Source: Flectonema sp. DT1601 (Eukaryota). Taken from it: DNA of 64,000 nucleotides. The notes under the pieces were generated by a model that saw only the letters and a list, made by a program, of their open reading frames with translations, had not been told where the DNA came from and made no database searches. Positions within the stretch are counted from its first letter, which is position 1; each line of letters begins with the position of its first letter. The stretch spans positions 620,001 to 684,000 of the forward strand of contig OZ025784.1 in assembly GCA_964019425.1 (NCBI GenBank). Direction: 5' to 3'. The position numbers and the translations under genes are program-made. Positions 46,040-57,870 of the stretch are shown one piece after another.

Positions 46040-47455
46040 TCAGGCAACATAAGGAGGTTGATATGGCTGTTGTTCATAATTCTTTTTACTCTTTGGTTTA
46101 GAATACGTCCGAGGAGGAGAGAGAGTCGACGTTTTTAGCGAACCAACAGCTGGTGATTTCACACCCGACGATTTAACTGAGATGCCGTGTGAATCACTTG
46201 GGGGACGACTACGACTACTGCGACGTTTCTTTCGACGACTTGTTGAGTGAGATGATGTCGTCTGAGGATAACTATTGAGAGGACGTGAATGAGCTTGAAT
46301 TAGTTTGATATTCGGAGTCACTTCAGGTTTATCATACTTAACCACATCAGGAATGTAATCATTCTCTGGAACGTATCTCTGAAATCCAGACAAATCTAAC
46401 TCAGATCCCTGACTCTGACCCACTCCACTCTGAGAGTAGTTTATCTGTCGATTCGCATGCGCTTCATGTGCAAGAGATCGTATATCAGGTGTTTTTAGTT
46501 TATTAAGATATCCCACATCAGGTTGTTGAGTATTCGTTATTGGAACCGGAGTACTGGATTGGTCAAGGCGTAAATCAGCCGCAGAAGGACTTTCTGTTAC
46601 TGTCGGGGAGGCAAAACGAGTTCCCTGATAAGTTTGGTGATACTCCTGTTGAGAAATTGGAGCAACTGGAGGAGGTGTGTACATGTCAATTGAGTCGTTG
46701 AATGGACGAATTGTTTCATGTTTGTCGTAAATCGGTTGTTTTTTTATATTAATATCAGATTCCATCAAGTCCTGAACTCTTTCTCTCCGTGCTTCCCTCA
46801 ACTGTTCTCTGTGGAGGGTTAGCGGAGACGGTCCTGTTGATAGGGCCGTAGGTTTTTTTAATTTCAACATTTTTTCAATTTTTTGTATAACATCAGGTGA
46901 TGAAAATCTTATATAGATTGCCTCACCTCGAGAATTCAGACAACAAAATCCATCTTCAGTGTTGAGAGACGTAAATGAGATATCTGAAAATTTAAATAAT
47001 ATTTTCCTCAAAGGGTTCTCTTCTTGATAAATGAATAGCGCATCTGAATCAACAACAGTCGTACCACTAAACCACGTGTTTAACGGAGGTAAAAAAGATT
47101 CAGTTGGATCAAGTTGACTGTCGCCTTGGATTACCATGGTATCCACTACTGCTGAACCCGTTGATATCGATTGAGATCTTTGATTTTTTTTCAAACTCTG
47201 TTCTGATTTTAACAAATGATGGTATTCATCAATACTTAATGTCACACCACCAGCTTTATGACTATTCCAATCTCTCCATTTGTCAGGTGATTTGTGTAGC
47301 TGGTCTATTAACGTACTCGTTTCTCGTATCTGTGTCGGTGATGGAACATTTCGTCCACCCCAAGGATTTTCTTTTATAGCCTGACTGTACATACTGAGAA
47401 GCCTATCTCTAGTTGTTTTAACGGAGGAGTAATCATGTCTTCTTGTCTTAGACAT
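46040..47455 (-). CDS. Hypothetical protein (471 aa), low-complexity Ser/Pro-rich C-terminal half
   Basis: Long ATG-initiated ORF with a CAG acceptor-like site just upstream (47470-47468). No family recognised with confidence. Confidence 0.75.
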   Translation of the reverse strand: MSKTRRHDYSSVKTTRDRLLSMYSQAIKENPWGGRNVPSPTQIRETSTLIDQLHKSPDKWRDWNSHKAGGVTLSIDEYHHLLKSEQSLKKNQRSQSISTGSAVVDTMVIQGDSQLDPTESFLPPLNTWFSGTTVVDSDALFIYQEENPLRKILFKFSDISFTSLNTEDGFCCLNSRGEAIYIRFSSPDVIQKIEKMLKLKKPTALSTGPSPLTLHREQLREARRERVQDLMESDINIKKQPIYDKHETIRPFNDSIDMYTPPPVAPISQQEYHQTYQGTRFASPTVTESPSAADLRLDQSSTPVPITNTQQPDVGYLNKLKTPDIRSLAHEAHANRQINYSQSGVGQSQGSELDLSGFQRYVPENDYIPDVVKYDKPEVTPNIKLIQAHSRPLNSYPQTTSSHSTSRRKKRRSSRSRPPSDSHGISVKSSGVKSPAVGSLKTSTLSPPRTYSKPKSKKNYEQQPYQPPYVA

Positions 47456-47733
47456 GTGATTGTTAACTGTAAAGGGGAGACAACAATGATAAGGATGGTT
47501 TGTGTATATTTATGTAAACTTTATAATAATAGTAGTATACCTGCTTCTAATAATATTAAAAAAAAGACCTAGACGAGAACAACAGGTTTACTTCAAATCT
47601 ATCTTTTTCTTTCTTTTTTTTTCTTTTTTTTTTTTAATTTCACTCTAATACTCCACAACAAAACAAAACAGAATAGGGACAGTGCAGGTACAACATATGC
47701 GCTTTTAAGTAAAACATTGCAATTGTGGGTTAC

Positions 47734-49302
47734 TCATTCATAAGCAAGAAACATGCCTTCTGTTATGTGATGGCTGCCAATCTTTTTCAGATCTCCGATA
47801 TTAAGAAACCCGTCTCGATCAAGATCCAGTTCTTGAAAGGTGCTGTTGACGAGTTGATGAATTATTTCTTCAGTACAATCAGGTGTTATGAGTCGAAGTG
47901 TTTTAAATAAATCAGTTGAGGAAATCAAACCATCGCAATCCCAGTCATAAACTTCTAAGAGTAATTCCAGCTGGGATTCATCTGGACAACGTTGTTCAAA
48001 AAAATTCATAAATCTGATGAAAGAAGAAAACGATATTTCTTTATTCGCTCCTTCCGACAGAACGTCAAGTAGCCTTTGAACTAAAGGATCCGTGATGAGC
48101 GCGTGAGGTAATCTTTGTTCCATGACTTCCCTTTCAAGTTTATCGTTCAAAGATGCAGCCCCAAGAGCTATAAACCTTCTGTGAAGCCTTTGAATTTGTG
48201 TTTTTCCAAAACCATTTCCTTGCTGAAGAGCTTCACACTGTTCATAACTCAATTCATCGTCAGCTTTTGGGAGGAAATTTTCATTCACTGCAGTCTTATC
48301 AGTTTTCTGTGGGTCGTTGTTGTATTTTGAGTTTTTTCTTTTTTTTTTAAAAAAAAAGAAAAAAAATGATCGTTTTGTTTCAAACAATTATCAGAAGACA
48401 AGTAGTTCATCTCTGATGCCAAATACCTAAACTTGGCCTTCAAAAGAAGATTTTCTCGAGTGTATTTTACAAGCCTGGCTTCAGACGATATTTTACACAG
48501 AAATACTTGTTCCCTGCATGCTTCGGCTGTATCAGGGGTATCGCCAGGGAGATTTTGGTTTGCATAGACTCAGAGAGTAATTAACAAAATCAACCGGCGG
48601 TATCACTGAGCTGGACAGCATTGTCTCTGTTCCTCGTTCAATTCGATTGGAACTGGAGCAGTGGATAAGGGTTGTATCTAAAATGCGAGTAATCAACAAT
48701 GAGATTCCAAAGGGGAAGATTCTGACAGTGTTTGTGGATGCTTCTTTGGATGGTTGGAGGAGTTGTGAACCTTTCAGGAGAATTAACTGTAGATAATGTT
48801 TGGAAGGAGGAGAAGGGACTTCATATTAACATCCGAAGCGAAGGTTTTGTTGAATACACTGAGAGCGTTGGATCATCGCGATCTTAAAGATTATGAACTG
48901 GACATTAGAGGTGATAACACATCAGTGAGCAAGAAAAACAAATTTTGATTTCATTTGTAAACCAAGTTTTCAGTTGTTGATAACCTGGACGATGCAACAA
49001 GAGGGCGAGGCCTGCATCTCGAGCAGCGACAAATTCGTTCTGGTGAGACCGAGCGAGGTAATTGTCGATTGGTTCACTACCCCGAAGGGAATGTTCAGTT
49101 ATCCATTTAGGACTTCGAGGTGGGTTGTCACCTCAGACATTGAGATCGCAGGGCTGCTCTTTTTCTTATTTTCTTTTTTTACCCTCATACTAAACCGTTG
49201 TTCTGTTTTCGGACAGAGAAGCAAAAAAAAAAAAAAAAAACTACCTACCTGAATTTCTTCGACGAAACTATCCTTTTCCGCGCAGGGCTCCGATAACGCC
49301 AT
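47734..49302 (-). CDS. Calcineurin B-like EF-hand protein; probably 2 exons
   Basis: IQRLHRRF, EF-hand loops DWDCDGLISSTDL and DLDRDGFLNIGDL. The main exon starts after CCACAG at 48306 without a Met. A phase-0 first exon 49302-49249 (MALSEPCAEKDSFVEEIQ|GTAGGT) fits, but this assignment is tentative. Confidence 0.75.
48500..49010 (+). mobile_element. Decayed tyrosine-recombinase retrotransposon fragment (DIRS/VIPER/TATE-type RT tether + RNase H)
   Basis: With frameshifts and a stop it reads ...VPRSIRLELEQW...LTVFVDASLDGW/GVV...VWKEEKGLHINI/EAKVLLNTLRAL...LDIRGDNTSV...DNLDDATRG. This is the DAS-x2-GWG, HIN-x-LE, DN and N-x-AD-x2-SR order of DIRS-type RNase H. Confidence 0.8.
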
Positions 49303-51221
49303 TGAGAGAGGTGCTGTCTCTGTTGATTCAGTAAATTAATTTTTAAAAAAAAAGAAAATTTGTTTTATTAATTAACACAAAAGAGTACAAAGCTCATTTC
49401 TTTGACGTATGAACACCACCTGGAATAGTAAATGTGTAGTAGTTTTTATTTTTTTTTTTTTTAAAAATAACATGTAATATCAGAAAACACGACCTAGCGA
49501 TGTACAACTTCTGTTTTTCTTTTTCTTTTTCTTTTTTTTTTCTCTCTTCCCCGGCCTAATCTGTTTCTGCTTTCATTTTTATAACTGCATTTCATTTTTG
49601 TTTTTTTTTCTTTTCTGCCCCCACTGGTTTGACTCTCCCTTTTCTTTTTTTTTTTTTCCCTCTTTTTTTTTTTTTTTTCTTCCGTGCAAAAACTGCGGAG
49701 AGGAGGAAAAAAAAAAAAAAAAAAAAAAACGGACACTTTTTCATTTTTTCATATTCCAAGAAACAAAAAAAATGCAACGAACTGCTTGGCTTACAACTGC
49801 ACGCAATACAGATTTTATGCACTTTAAGTCCACATCTTGAGCGCAGACAATGAACTCATCAGTTCTATTTTTTTTTTTTTTTTTTTTTTTTGAAATACTT
49901 GAAAACAAAACAACAAAAAAAAAAAAGAAGAAAAAAAAAAATTGTTTTTTAATAGGAATGGGCAACAGTTGCTGTTTTTTTGATTGACTTAAAACAAAAC
50001 TCAAGAAAGTACTTCGACAACAAGTACGACCTGCCTATCCATGAATAGGAAAAATAAGTAGATGGTCTATGTGGGTGAAAAATTCGAAATTCTTTCTTTT
50101 TTTTTTTTTTTTTTTTTTTCTTTTTTTTTTTCCTTCGTTATTTTCTTCATGCACGACAAGGGAAGATCATTACTACACCGACAACGATCAAACATAAAAG
50201 ATAAAATGGATACGGGGAGGGGGCTGCCGCCAATGCCGCCTGGCCTACTTATACATGAGGTCTCCTCAAGAAGAGAAGCTGGATGGGTAGGGTGATGGAG
50301 GGTCGTGCTGGACCACACAACATAACTTTAAGAGGGGCTTAATAAGGCTCAATCTGTGCTGACCCGTTTTCGGAAGTAGTTCTAACCACGTACCTGAGTA
50401 AAGAAGTTCGGAAAGGGGAAAAGAAAATTGAACAAAAAAAAATAAAAAAAAAGTAACAAATCCATATCTACTAAGGCTTTACTTCTTTACGGTACCCGAC
50501 GTGATAATTTCTGGTCTACACAACTCGAGTATACCCCACAGTGATTGAAAAACTCATCACAAGAATAAACAAACAATAATTTATTTTTTTTTATTCTCAC
50601 GAAATCATTTAGGCACTCAAATGCCCAATGTACATTAGTTCTATCCTGAGGCAGAAAAAAAGCAAAAAGAAAGGGAAAAAGCGAAGGCAGCTCCCAGCGA
50701 CAGGTTACGGGGAAAGGTTGGGGGAATAGGGAGTGGGGACAGAAAATATACACTTTTGTTTCTTTTTTTTTTTTTTTCTTCTTTGGTTTCTATTTCTTTC
50801 CTTTTTTTTTTTCTCTGCCTTTCCATTCAAGGGTACTGAAGAACCCTCCAAGCCCTCTGTGCTGAGGTGCTTAAAAAAAAGTGGTTGAGAATAAGCTAAG
50901 ATGAACTGAAGACATAGCCGACAACACTTCTGGGAGGGGTGCAGAAAGGAATGCGTAAACAAAAAAGAAGAAAAACTATCAGAAACAGTGGCCGAGGGAA
51001 AGAAATTTTCTGTGGCATTCATTTCATTTTCTTTTTTTTTTTCATAACACTAAAGCGAAGGGATGGGACGAGGGGAAAGGGTTCGGTGGGATTTTTTTTT
51101 TCTTTTTTTTTTTTTTTTTTTTCTTAAAGTATACAGATTGGTGAAATTCAACTGGGGAAAAAAACAGCGTCGTTTTTTTTTTTTTTTTTTTTAAGGGGCT
51201 GGTGAAAGTCGACTAGGCGTC

Positions 51222-52481
51222 TTACTTTTCCTTTTCCTCCATATCTTCCTCACCTTCAGGTGCCTCCTTGTCAGGTGCACTGGAGTCATCGTCGTCTTCT
51301 TCTTTGTCTTCCTTCTTTGGTTTAAATGCAAGTACAAGAAGTCCAATTACGATGAGTGCTGAAAGAGACCCGGCAGCGGCGATACCGGCAGTTCCATTTG
51401 TGTCATCATCGTTATCAATAGACATTGGAACTGATGGGTTAACAAGAACTGGAGGTGGGACAGGTGTTTGATCAATTGCTTGGCTAGACGATGTTGCGAC
51501 AGTAAGCGCAGGTTCACCCCCAGCAATAGCTGCTGCAGTTGCAGCAGTAACAGCAGCAGTATGAGCTGTTGCCAATTCAGCAGCAGTCTTCTTTGATCTT
51601 CCTTGAAAGTACACTCTAACAACTCCGGCCTGTAAGACACCTACTTCTCTGGATGCTACAACAGGTCTTACAGCACATGCCGTACAACCTGAATTAATCC
51701 ATTCAGCTACCCGAGTAACTGTACATTGTCTCAAACAAGTGATTAATTCATTTCCAGATGCAGTATCACCAAGTGTTGCGGCCATGGTGTTAATATAGGC
51801 TTCACTAAAAAAGTATGTTCTAGCAGTATTAGTAAGCCCCTGAAGAATAACTTCGGAAGTGAAGTGTCTGTCTCCAGCAGGTACAGGGACCTTGGTGGCA
51901 CCAGTAACGGCCGGAGAGTTCGTACTTGGGGACAATAAAATCAAACTCGCCAAGAAGTCAACGTAAAATACGTATCTTTCACTGTGCTGGGTAATAGTAG
52001 TGGGTGTTGCTGCAGCACGACGTGCCATAACGATGTATGAGTAACGGAAAGCTGGATCAGTCGCAGCTCTGGTTCTGGTAAAAGTCATTGTAGTCACTCC
52101 TCCAGTAGTGGAAACAGCTGCGGCAGGTGTTGAAAGAGTTTGAACACTTGCGATGTCAGTTCTTGTCGCCTGAACATCAGCTGCTACCTTAGCAGGTAAC
52201 GTATAACGATTTATCGCTCCAGCATTATCAGCTACAACAACAGTAGAACCAATCATCTGTTGGAGGCTGTTCCATCCTACTCCGAACCAACCACTTCCTG
52301 CAGCTGCTCGTAAATGAAAGTTGATCGCCGTACCCTCTGGAGTCATTCCCCAGTTCAATGTTAATCCACCTTGAGTTGTTTTACATCTGTATCCCAACAC
52401 GTCTGGAGTATCACACACTGTTACCTGTGAGGAGGCAAATCCCGCCAGGGAGAACAACACTGCTGATGACAAGAACTTCAT
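51222..52481 (-). CDS. DOMON-domain type I membrane protein
   Basis: Signal peptide, LTLNWG...GWFGVGWN..QMIGS...MTFTR...TQH (DOMON with Met/His heme-ligand positions), TM helix and acidic tail. Confidence 0.8.
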   Translation of the reverse strand: MKFLSSAVLFSLAGFASSQVTVCDTPDVLGYRCKTTQGGLTLNWGMTPEGTAINFHLRAAAGSGWFGVGWNSLQQMIGSTVVVADNAGAINRYTLPAKVAADVQATRTDIASVQTLSTPAAAVSTTGGVTTMTFTRTRAATDPAFRYSYIVMARRAAATPTTITQHSERYVFYVDFLASLILLSPSTNSPAVTGATKVPVPAGDRHFTSEVILQGLTNTARTYFFSEAYINTMAATLGDTASGNELITCLRQCTVTRVAEWINSGCTACAVRPVVASREVGVLQAGVVRVYFQGRSKKTAAELATAHTAAVTAATAAAIAGGEPALTVATSSSQAIDQTPVPPPVLVNPSVPMSIDNDDDTNGTAGIAAAGSLSALIVIGLLVLAFKPKKEDKEEDDDDSSAPDKEAPEGEEDMEEKEK

Positions 52482-53391
52482 TTGGTATCACCTTCTGTGA
52501 GAAACAAAATTATTATTACAACAAGACACATTACGTTGTCAGTGAAATCTGACCAACTAACTCACTTTCCGTGTGAACACCTTGAGATACCAATTGCAGA
52601 GCCCCCTACAAGGGGCGTAACTACCACAAATAGATTTAAAGAAAAGATTAAGGTCAATTAGGTACTGCTGTGCGATTCCTTTACTTCATCCCATATGTGT
52701 CTACCTGCTGGTTTTATAGCTTCGGAACAAAACAAAAATAAATTCAACATTGGTGTGGGACCTACCTCACATAAATCGCACGGCACACAGAAAATAATAT
52801 TTGAGTCAGGGAAATTGAAGTTTTCTTTTTTTTTTTTTTTTCCTTTTTTTTTTTCTTTGATAAGGCACCACGTTGAACATGTCTACACTTTGCTGTGTAA
52901 ATAGCGCAGAACTCGAGCGACTATCTTCTTTTTTTTCCTTTTTTCCCCTTCAAAAAAAAAAATAAAAAGAAAAATCGCTAAGCCGTCTCTATTAAAAAAT
53001 GCAACGAAAAACATCGCAATCAGGCAGTACCTTACTCTGCAAAAATTTTTTTTCCCTTTCTTTTCTTTCATTCATTTTTTTTTTTCAAAATGAAGAAAAA
53101 AAAAAGAGGGGAAAAAAAAAACGGGGAGGAGGAAACGAGAATACCATCAATAAAGCTACTGAAGAATAAATTTCCATTTACTTAATCGCAACGTAAACAC
53201 GTCAATGGAATCAATTCATTTTTACTTTGCGTGAAGAACTTGCAAGTAACACAATAATGACCTGGCATCAACAAAGAGAAGGGACGACAAAACGTAGGAA
53301 AGCAACAAGAACCAAAGAGGATAAGGGGAAAAAAAAAAAAAAAAAAAAGAGAGAGAGAGAACAAAAAAGATAAACACAAAGCGACTACCAC

Positions 53392-53429
<38 letters not shown>

Positions 53430-55286
53430 ATGAGGAAAGCACTCTCTCAAAAACACGCATTCAAAAAAAAAAAAAAAAAAAAAAAACGTGTACTTTCGAT
53501 AAGCCGCATCATACTTAAAAAAAAGAAACAGAGAGAAAGAGAAGGGGGAAGGTAAAGAGGAAACTGATTGTTTTTTTTTTTTTTTTTTGAAACCAATGTT
53601 GAAAATGAGAACCAAAAAAACTTTACCATTCAATTATTATTTTTTTTCATCTCGAAGACATGTTTTATGGGCGAAAGAAAATTGTGGCAGCGTAACATTA
53701 GCAACCTTTACTTTATATAGGCTTGTTTCCGCACACAAACAAATTCTTTTTTTTAACATTCCACTTTTGATGAGTTTTTTTTCTTCTTCTCTTGCAAGAA
53801 CTTATGTTAACTATTTGGCTCACCGACGAAAAGAAAAAAGAAAAAATATATATAGATAGATATAGAAATCGAATCAAGCAATATAAGGAAAACATGCATT
53901 TATCTAATACACGTAAGTAGATATTTTCCTTTTTTTTTTTTTTTCTTAAATTTCATTAAAAACAAACTACTGAACCATGTAAGAAACAAAGAAAGAAAAA
54001 ATTTCTCCAATTCCATTGTATTCGTTTAGCAAAAAACAAAAAAAAGACAAAAGGAAAGAAAAAAAGAGACAAAAGTAAAACATATAAACAAACTCAATAA
54101 CGTATCTCACACGGTTTGCTTTTTTTGAGCGATATTTTTTATTTATTTATTCATTTTACTTAAGATTCCGATAAGTAGTTCAGATAACAGTACTGATAAC
54201 TACAAGAGGCCTAGATAGCCTGCATCAGTAAGGACACCTAATCGTGAAGATTGTTGTTTTATAGCTTCAGTTCGAAGTGATGGGTTCGAACTCTCACCTT
54301 GCAAAAGGCTAAGGCTAACTATCTGAGAATGTGAAAAAAAAAAAAAAAATTCCATATTCATGTACAGCATCTTTCTTTATAATACGACCAATTGCACCCA
54401 CAAACTACTAAATAAAATAGAACCCCCAGAAAACAGTACTAGTCGTCCAGTACTTCTCAGAAGCTTTATAAAAATCTACAAAAATTGGGCAGCACATAGC
54501 CATATCATTCAGCAAAGGATCAGGACTTCGGGCTTACTATACTTCTTAGTTAGTTTTAAACGACAAAATCTGGGTAAAAAGGCAAAAAAAAAAGAAAAAA
54601 AAAGAAACAGAAGAATTCAACAAACAAACTCAACCAACACGGAAAGTTTTTTTTTTTTTTTTTTTTTTCCCCTTCCTTCAAACTGCGGGAAGTTATTCAA
54701 AACTTGAAGGTGAATAGAGACACACTCGGTTCATTCATGTTTCAGGATAGAAACGATAAAGGTAAACCCCAGCCAGTCACAGTAGAATCAATCCAGCAAC
54801 CGTAGGGAAAAAAGAACTAGTGACTCAACTCTGATTGAAGAAGGGTAATATAAAAGAGAGCTCACGAATTAAGCTTTCGATTTTTGATATTGCCGTTGGT
54901 GTTGTTGTTTTTTTTTTTTTCTTTCCACAACATCACGAGCTTGGGTATTCCAATGCAGAGGTCAACCTCCGTAGAATCCGGAGGCACACCTCTCACCGAG
55001 TTACACCAATTGCAAGGAAACATGGGAATTAACTTATTTAAAAAAAAACTTATTTTAAAAAAAAAAAAAGAAGAAGAGGGGGGAAAAACTTGACCACAAC
55101 TCGAAAATAAGAAATCTACTTTGTGACATCTACTTTGTGACTTCAAGTGGGTTTTTTTTTCTTACGGAGTTTTTTTTTTTTTTTTTTTTTGTTTCTTACT
55201 TGGCGAGTGTAATCACCAGAACCAAAAAAAACACAGTATAATGAGAAAGGACAAAGAAAGTAGTTTCCATTTTATTTTCCCGAATG

Positions 55287-55317
<31 letters not shown>

Positions 55318-56706
55318 TAATTAAAAAAAATAACTTGTATCGTATACTCCCTTATAAGATAATCTTTTTCCTAAGGATCTCTTTGGTAGTTGCTTCTTTT
55401 TTTTTTTTTTTTTTTTTTTTCGGTCTCAGAAACTAGGACACAGACCAAACCATACTGGACACAGACGTGGCAAGATATAATAATCTATAATTATAAAAAA
55501 ATATTTACCTCCCAACAATAATCTATAACGTCCGAAAGTGCTGACCTCGATTTCTTCATGTTTTTTTTTTTTTTTTTTTTGCTCTGAGTACTGTAATAAA
55601 GCACCTTAGAGCCTTTGTGGGATTTTTTTTTTAGTTATTATTAATGGTTATCAGTTCACCATTAGTTAGTATCATTAATTTTAGAACAGAAACGTGAATA
55701 AGAAAAGTAGAGATTAGTAAAAGAAAAGTCATTCATTTCTGCAGTTTCCTAATCTCATACTACTTGTCCCTTTTTGGGCCTTAATCAGTAAGTTCTAAGG
55801 GACTTCATTCTATGATGAAGTTAGTATTAATGGTTATCAATTAATTTAACGGTTTTCAATTATCATTAGTCAATCAAGTTCATCAAACCACCGAGTACCG
55901 ATTAGGCAGACATTCAAAGAGTACTGGTTCTGAGGGTCCCCAATACTGCGGTAGAAAGTTGAACCTCATCCCTTAAAAAAAAAAAAAAAAAAAAAAAAGT
56001 GTTGCATCAAAAAAAAACAAGGGTTATTTACTTGATACCGTAATGAAGTATATAAAGCAAACTTGAGGTAAGGGGGAATGAAACAAAAAATTCGAAAAAA
56101 AATTGCGAATTTTATATTTTTTTTTCTATGATGGATATTACGAGTGCGCACATCGTAATAAAAAAATGACATTAATTTTTTTTTTTTTTTTTTTTTTTTC
56201 CTATTCCTCATGCACACAGCGCAATTTGCGAGTAGAAAACCGGCAAACACTAATGTAGGGAACCAATTTTATTAGATTTGTAAATCCGGCTTAAAAAAAA
56301 AAAAAAAAAAAGAACTACTTCAGACAATCTTAATTGTCAGCAGCAGCATAGTAAATAAATAAGAATAATATCGCCGAAAGCCACGTGAACACAGTTGAGC
56401 GGGGAAGAGCAGGGGGTATGGATAAGTTCTTTTTTTTTATTTGTTCTTTTATTTGCTCATCCCTCTTTGCAGTGGACAAGGTGAGACAACACAACCATAG
56501 AGTCCACTAGTTGGTACCAAGTGAACAAAAAAAAAAAGAAAAATAAAATATATAAAATTTTATTACAAAAAAAAAAAAAAAAAAAAAAATTCAACAATCG
56601 ACGATCACGATGGAAATTTTCCAAGGACGACTTTATTAAATAAATTTAAAAAAAAAAAAAAATTTAAAAACACAAACAAAACAGATACAATAACACGACC
56701 TAACGA

Positions 56707-57870
56707 TTATTGATCAGTCTCGTTATCTACAGAATCGTCAGAGAGATATTTGCAATCAGGAACGGTTACTGTTTTTAATGGCACGTCATCGTCACTACTA
56801 TCACCAGAGTCTGAGTCAGTTTCATCTCCGAAATCAGAATCCTTAGCGACCAAGGTTAGATATGCTATTCCTAAAATCAGTATAAGACTGACTGCTATAA
56901 AAAAGTGGTAGTTCGTTCTCTTATAGCTGATTTCGACTGTGATCGTTGAGTCTTCAAAGACGCCACCGACATAAGCAGCAGATTTCCATCCAGCTTCACT
57001 CACAGTACTGCCATCAAGAATTGATTTTCCGTTTGCTTCCATTTTATAACCGATATTTAAACTTGAGGGTTCTTCCTTTTCAGTGTTAGGTTCTTCACAA
57101 CCGTAACACTCACCGTCTTTCCATTCGCTTTCTGTTGATGTTCTGGTTACTTTACATACCTGAATGCATTTAATTTCTGAATCAGAACTCAATTCGATAT
57201 TAATCTCAGCATTAAATGACTCTGCAGCAGATAAGAAGCTGCTTATCGTTACATCAGAAACAATATACGATATAGATGTTTGTTGTATTCCATTTTCTTC
57301 TTCAATGCTGTATTCAGGTCCATGCTCAGGTAGGTTTTTTATATCCAATTGAGAGAAGGCATTGCTTAAGACTGATGAGTATTTTACTAAAAATGATCCT
57401 TTTGAGTTCGAAGAATGTTGAGATAAGTCTCTCTGTGTTTCACTGTATCCTAATATGATCCATTCATCAGGAAGTTCATTGCATGGGAATTCGAGATATC
57501 TTCTGAATGACAAAACCCTCATTCCATTTTCAGTAGCTAAATCAATGTCTGCTAACCACTCTGGAGAACTCGCAGTAGATTTAATAACTGAAGGGTTCTT
57601 ATCAATCAATGAATACGATTTTATCTCATCACCAGTATCAATGACTGTTGTTGTTCCCTGCATGTATGGTAATTCGTTAAATCCGACAGCCATCCATCCA
57701 TATTCTGAAGGAACTTCTGCTACGTATTCAACAAACTGACCGTTAAAAGCAGCACCCCAGTTTACGGTCATCTCTCCTACGGTATAACTACACTCATAAC
57801 CTGCTCTTGTGGGTTGGTCACATCCCACTACTGCTGTCAGTAAGGAGATGGTTGTGGTTATTCTTATCAT
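56707..57870 (-). CDS. DOMON-domain type I membrane protein, diverged paralogue of 51222-52481
   Basis: GYEC...MTVNWG...GWMAVGFN..YMQGT...LSFRR...SQH. It shares the second-domain Cys pattern (CIQVCKVTR...W...C..C vs CLRQCTVTR...W...C..C), plus TM and acidic tail. Confidence 0.8.
   Translation of the reverse strand: MIRITTTISLLTAVVGCDQPTRAGYECSYTVGEMTVNWGAAFNGQFVEYVAEVPSEYGWMAVGFNELPYMQGTTTVIDTGDEIKSYSLIDKNPSVIKSTASSPEWLADIDLATENGMRVLSFRRYLEFPCNELPDEWIILGYSETQRDLSQHSSNSKGSFLVKYSSVLSNAFSQLDIKNLPEHGPEYSIEEENGIQQTSISYIVSDVTISSFLSAAESFNAEINIELSSDSEIKCIQVCKVTRTSTESEWKDGECYGCEEPNTEKEEPSSLNIGYKMEANGKSILDGSTVSEAGWKSAAYVGGVFEDSTITVEISYKRTNYHFFIAVSLILILGIAYLTLVAKDSDFGDETDSDSGDSSDDDVPLKTVTVPDCKYLSDDSVDNETDQ

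Noticed and set aside
49180..49225. U6-like motifs (atactaaa ... acagagaag) on the + strand
   Set aside because: Spacing differs from U6 and the downstream U6 ISL and 3' region are absent. Likely chance.
49494..56250. Many short F/K-rich ORFs on both strands (also 19.6-20.9, 44-45.7, 58-59.5, 61.8-62.4 kb)
   Set aside because: They are translations of poly-A/poly-T tracts in intergenic DNA, with no protein-like composition.
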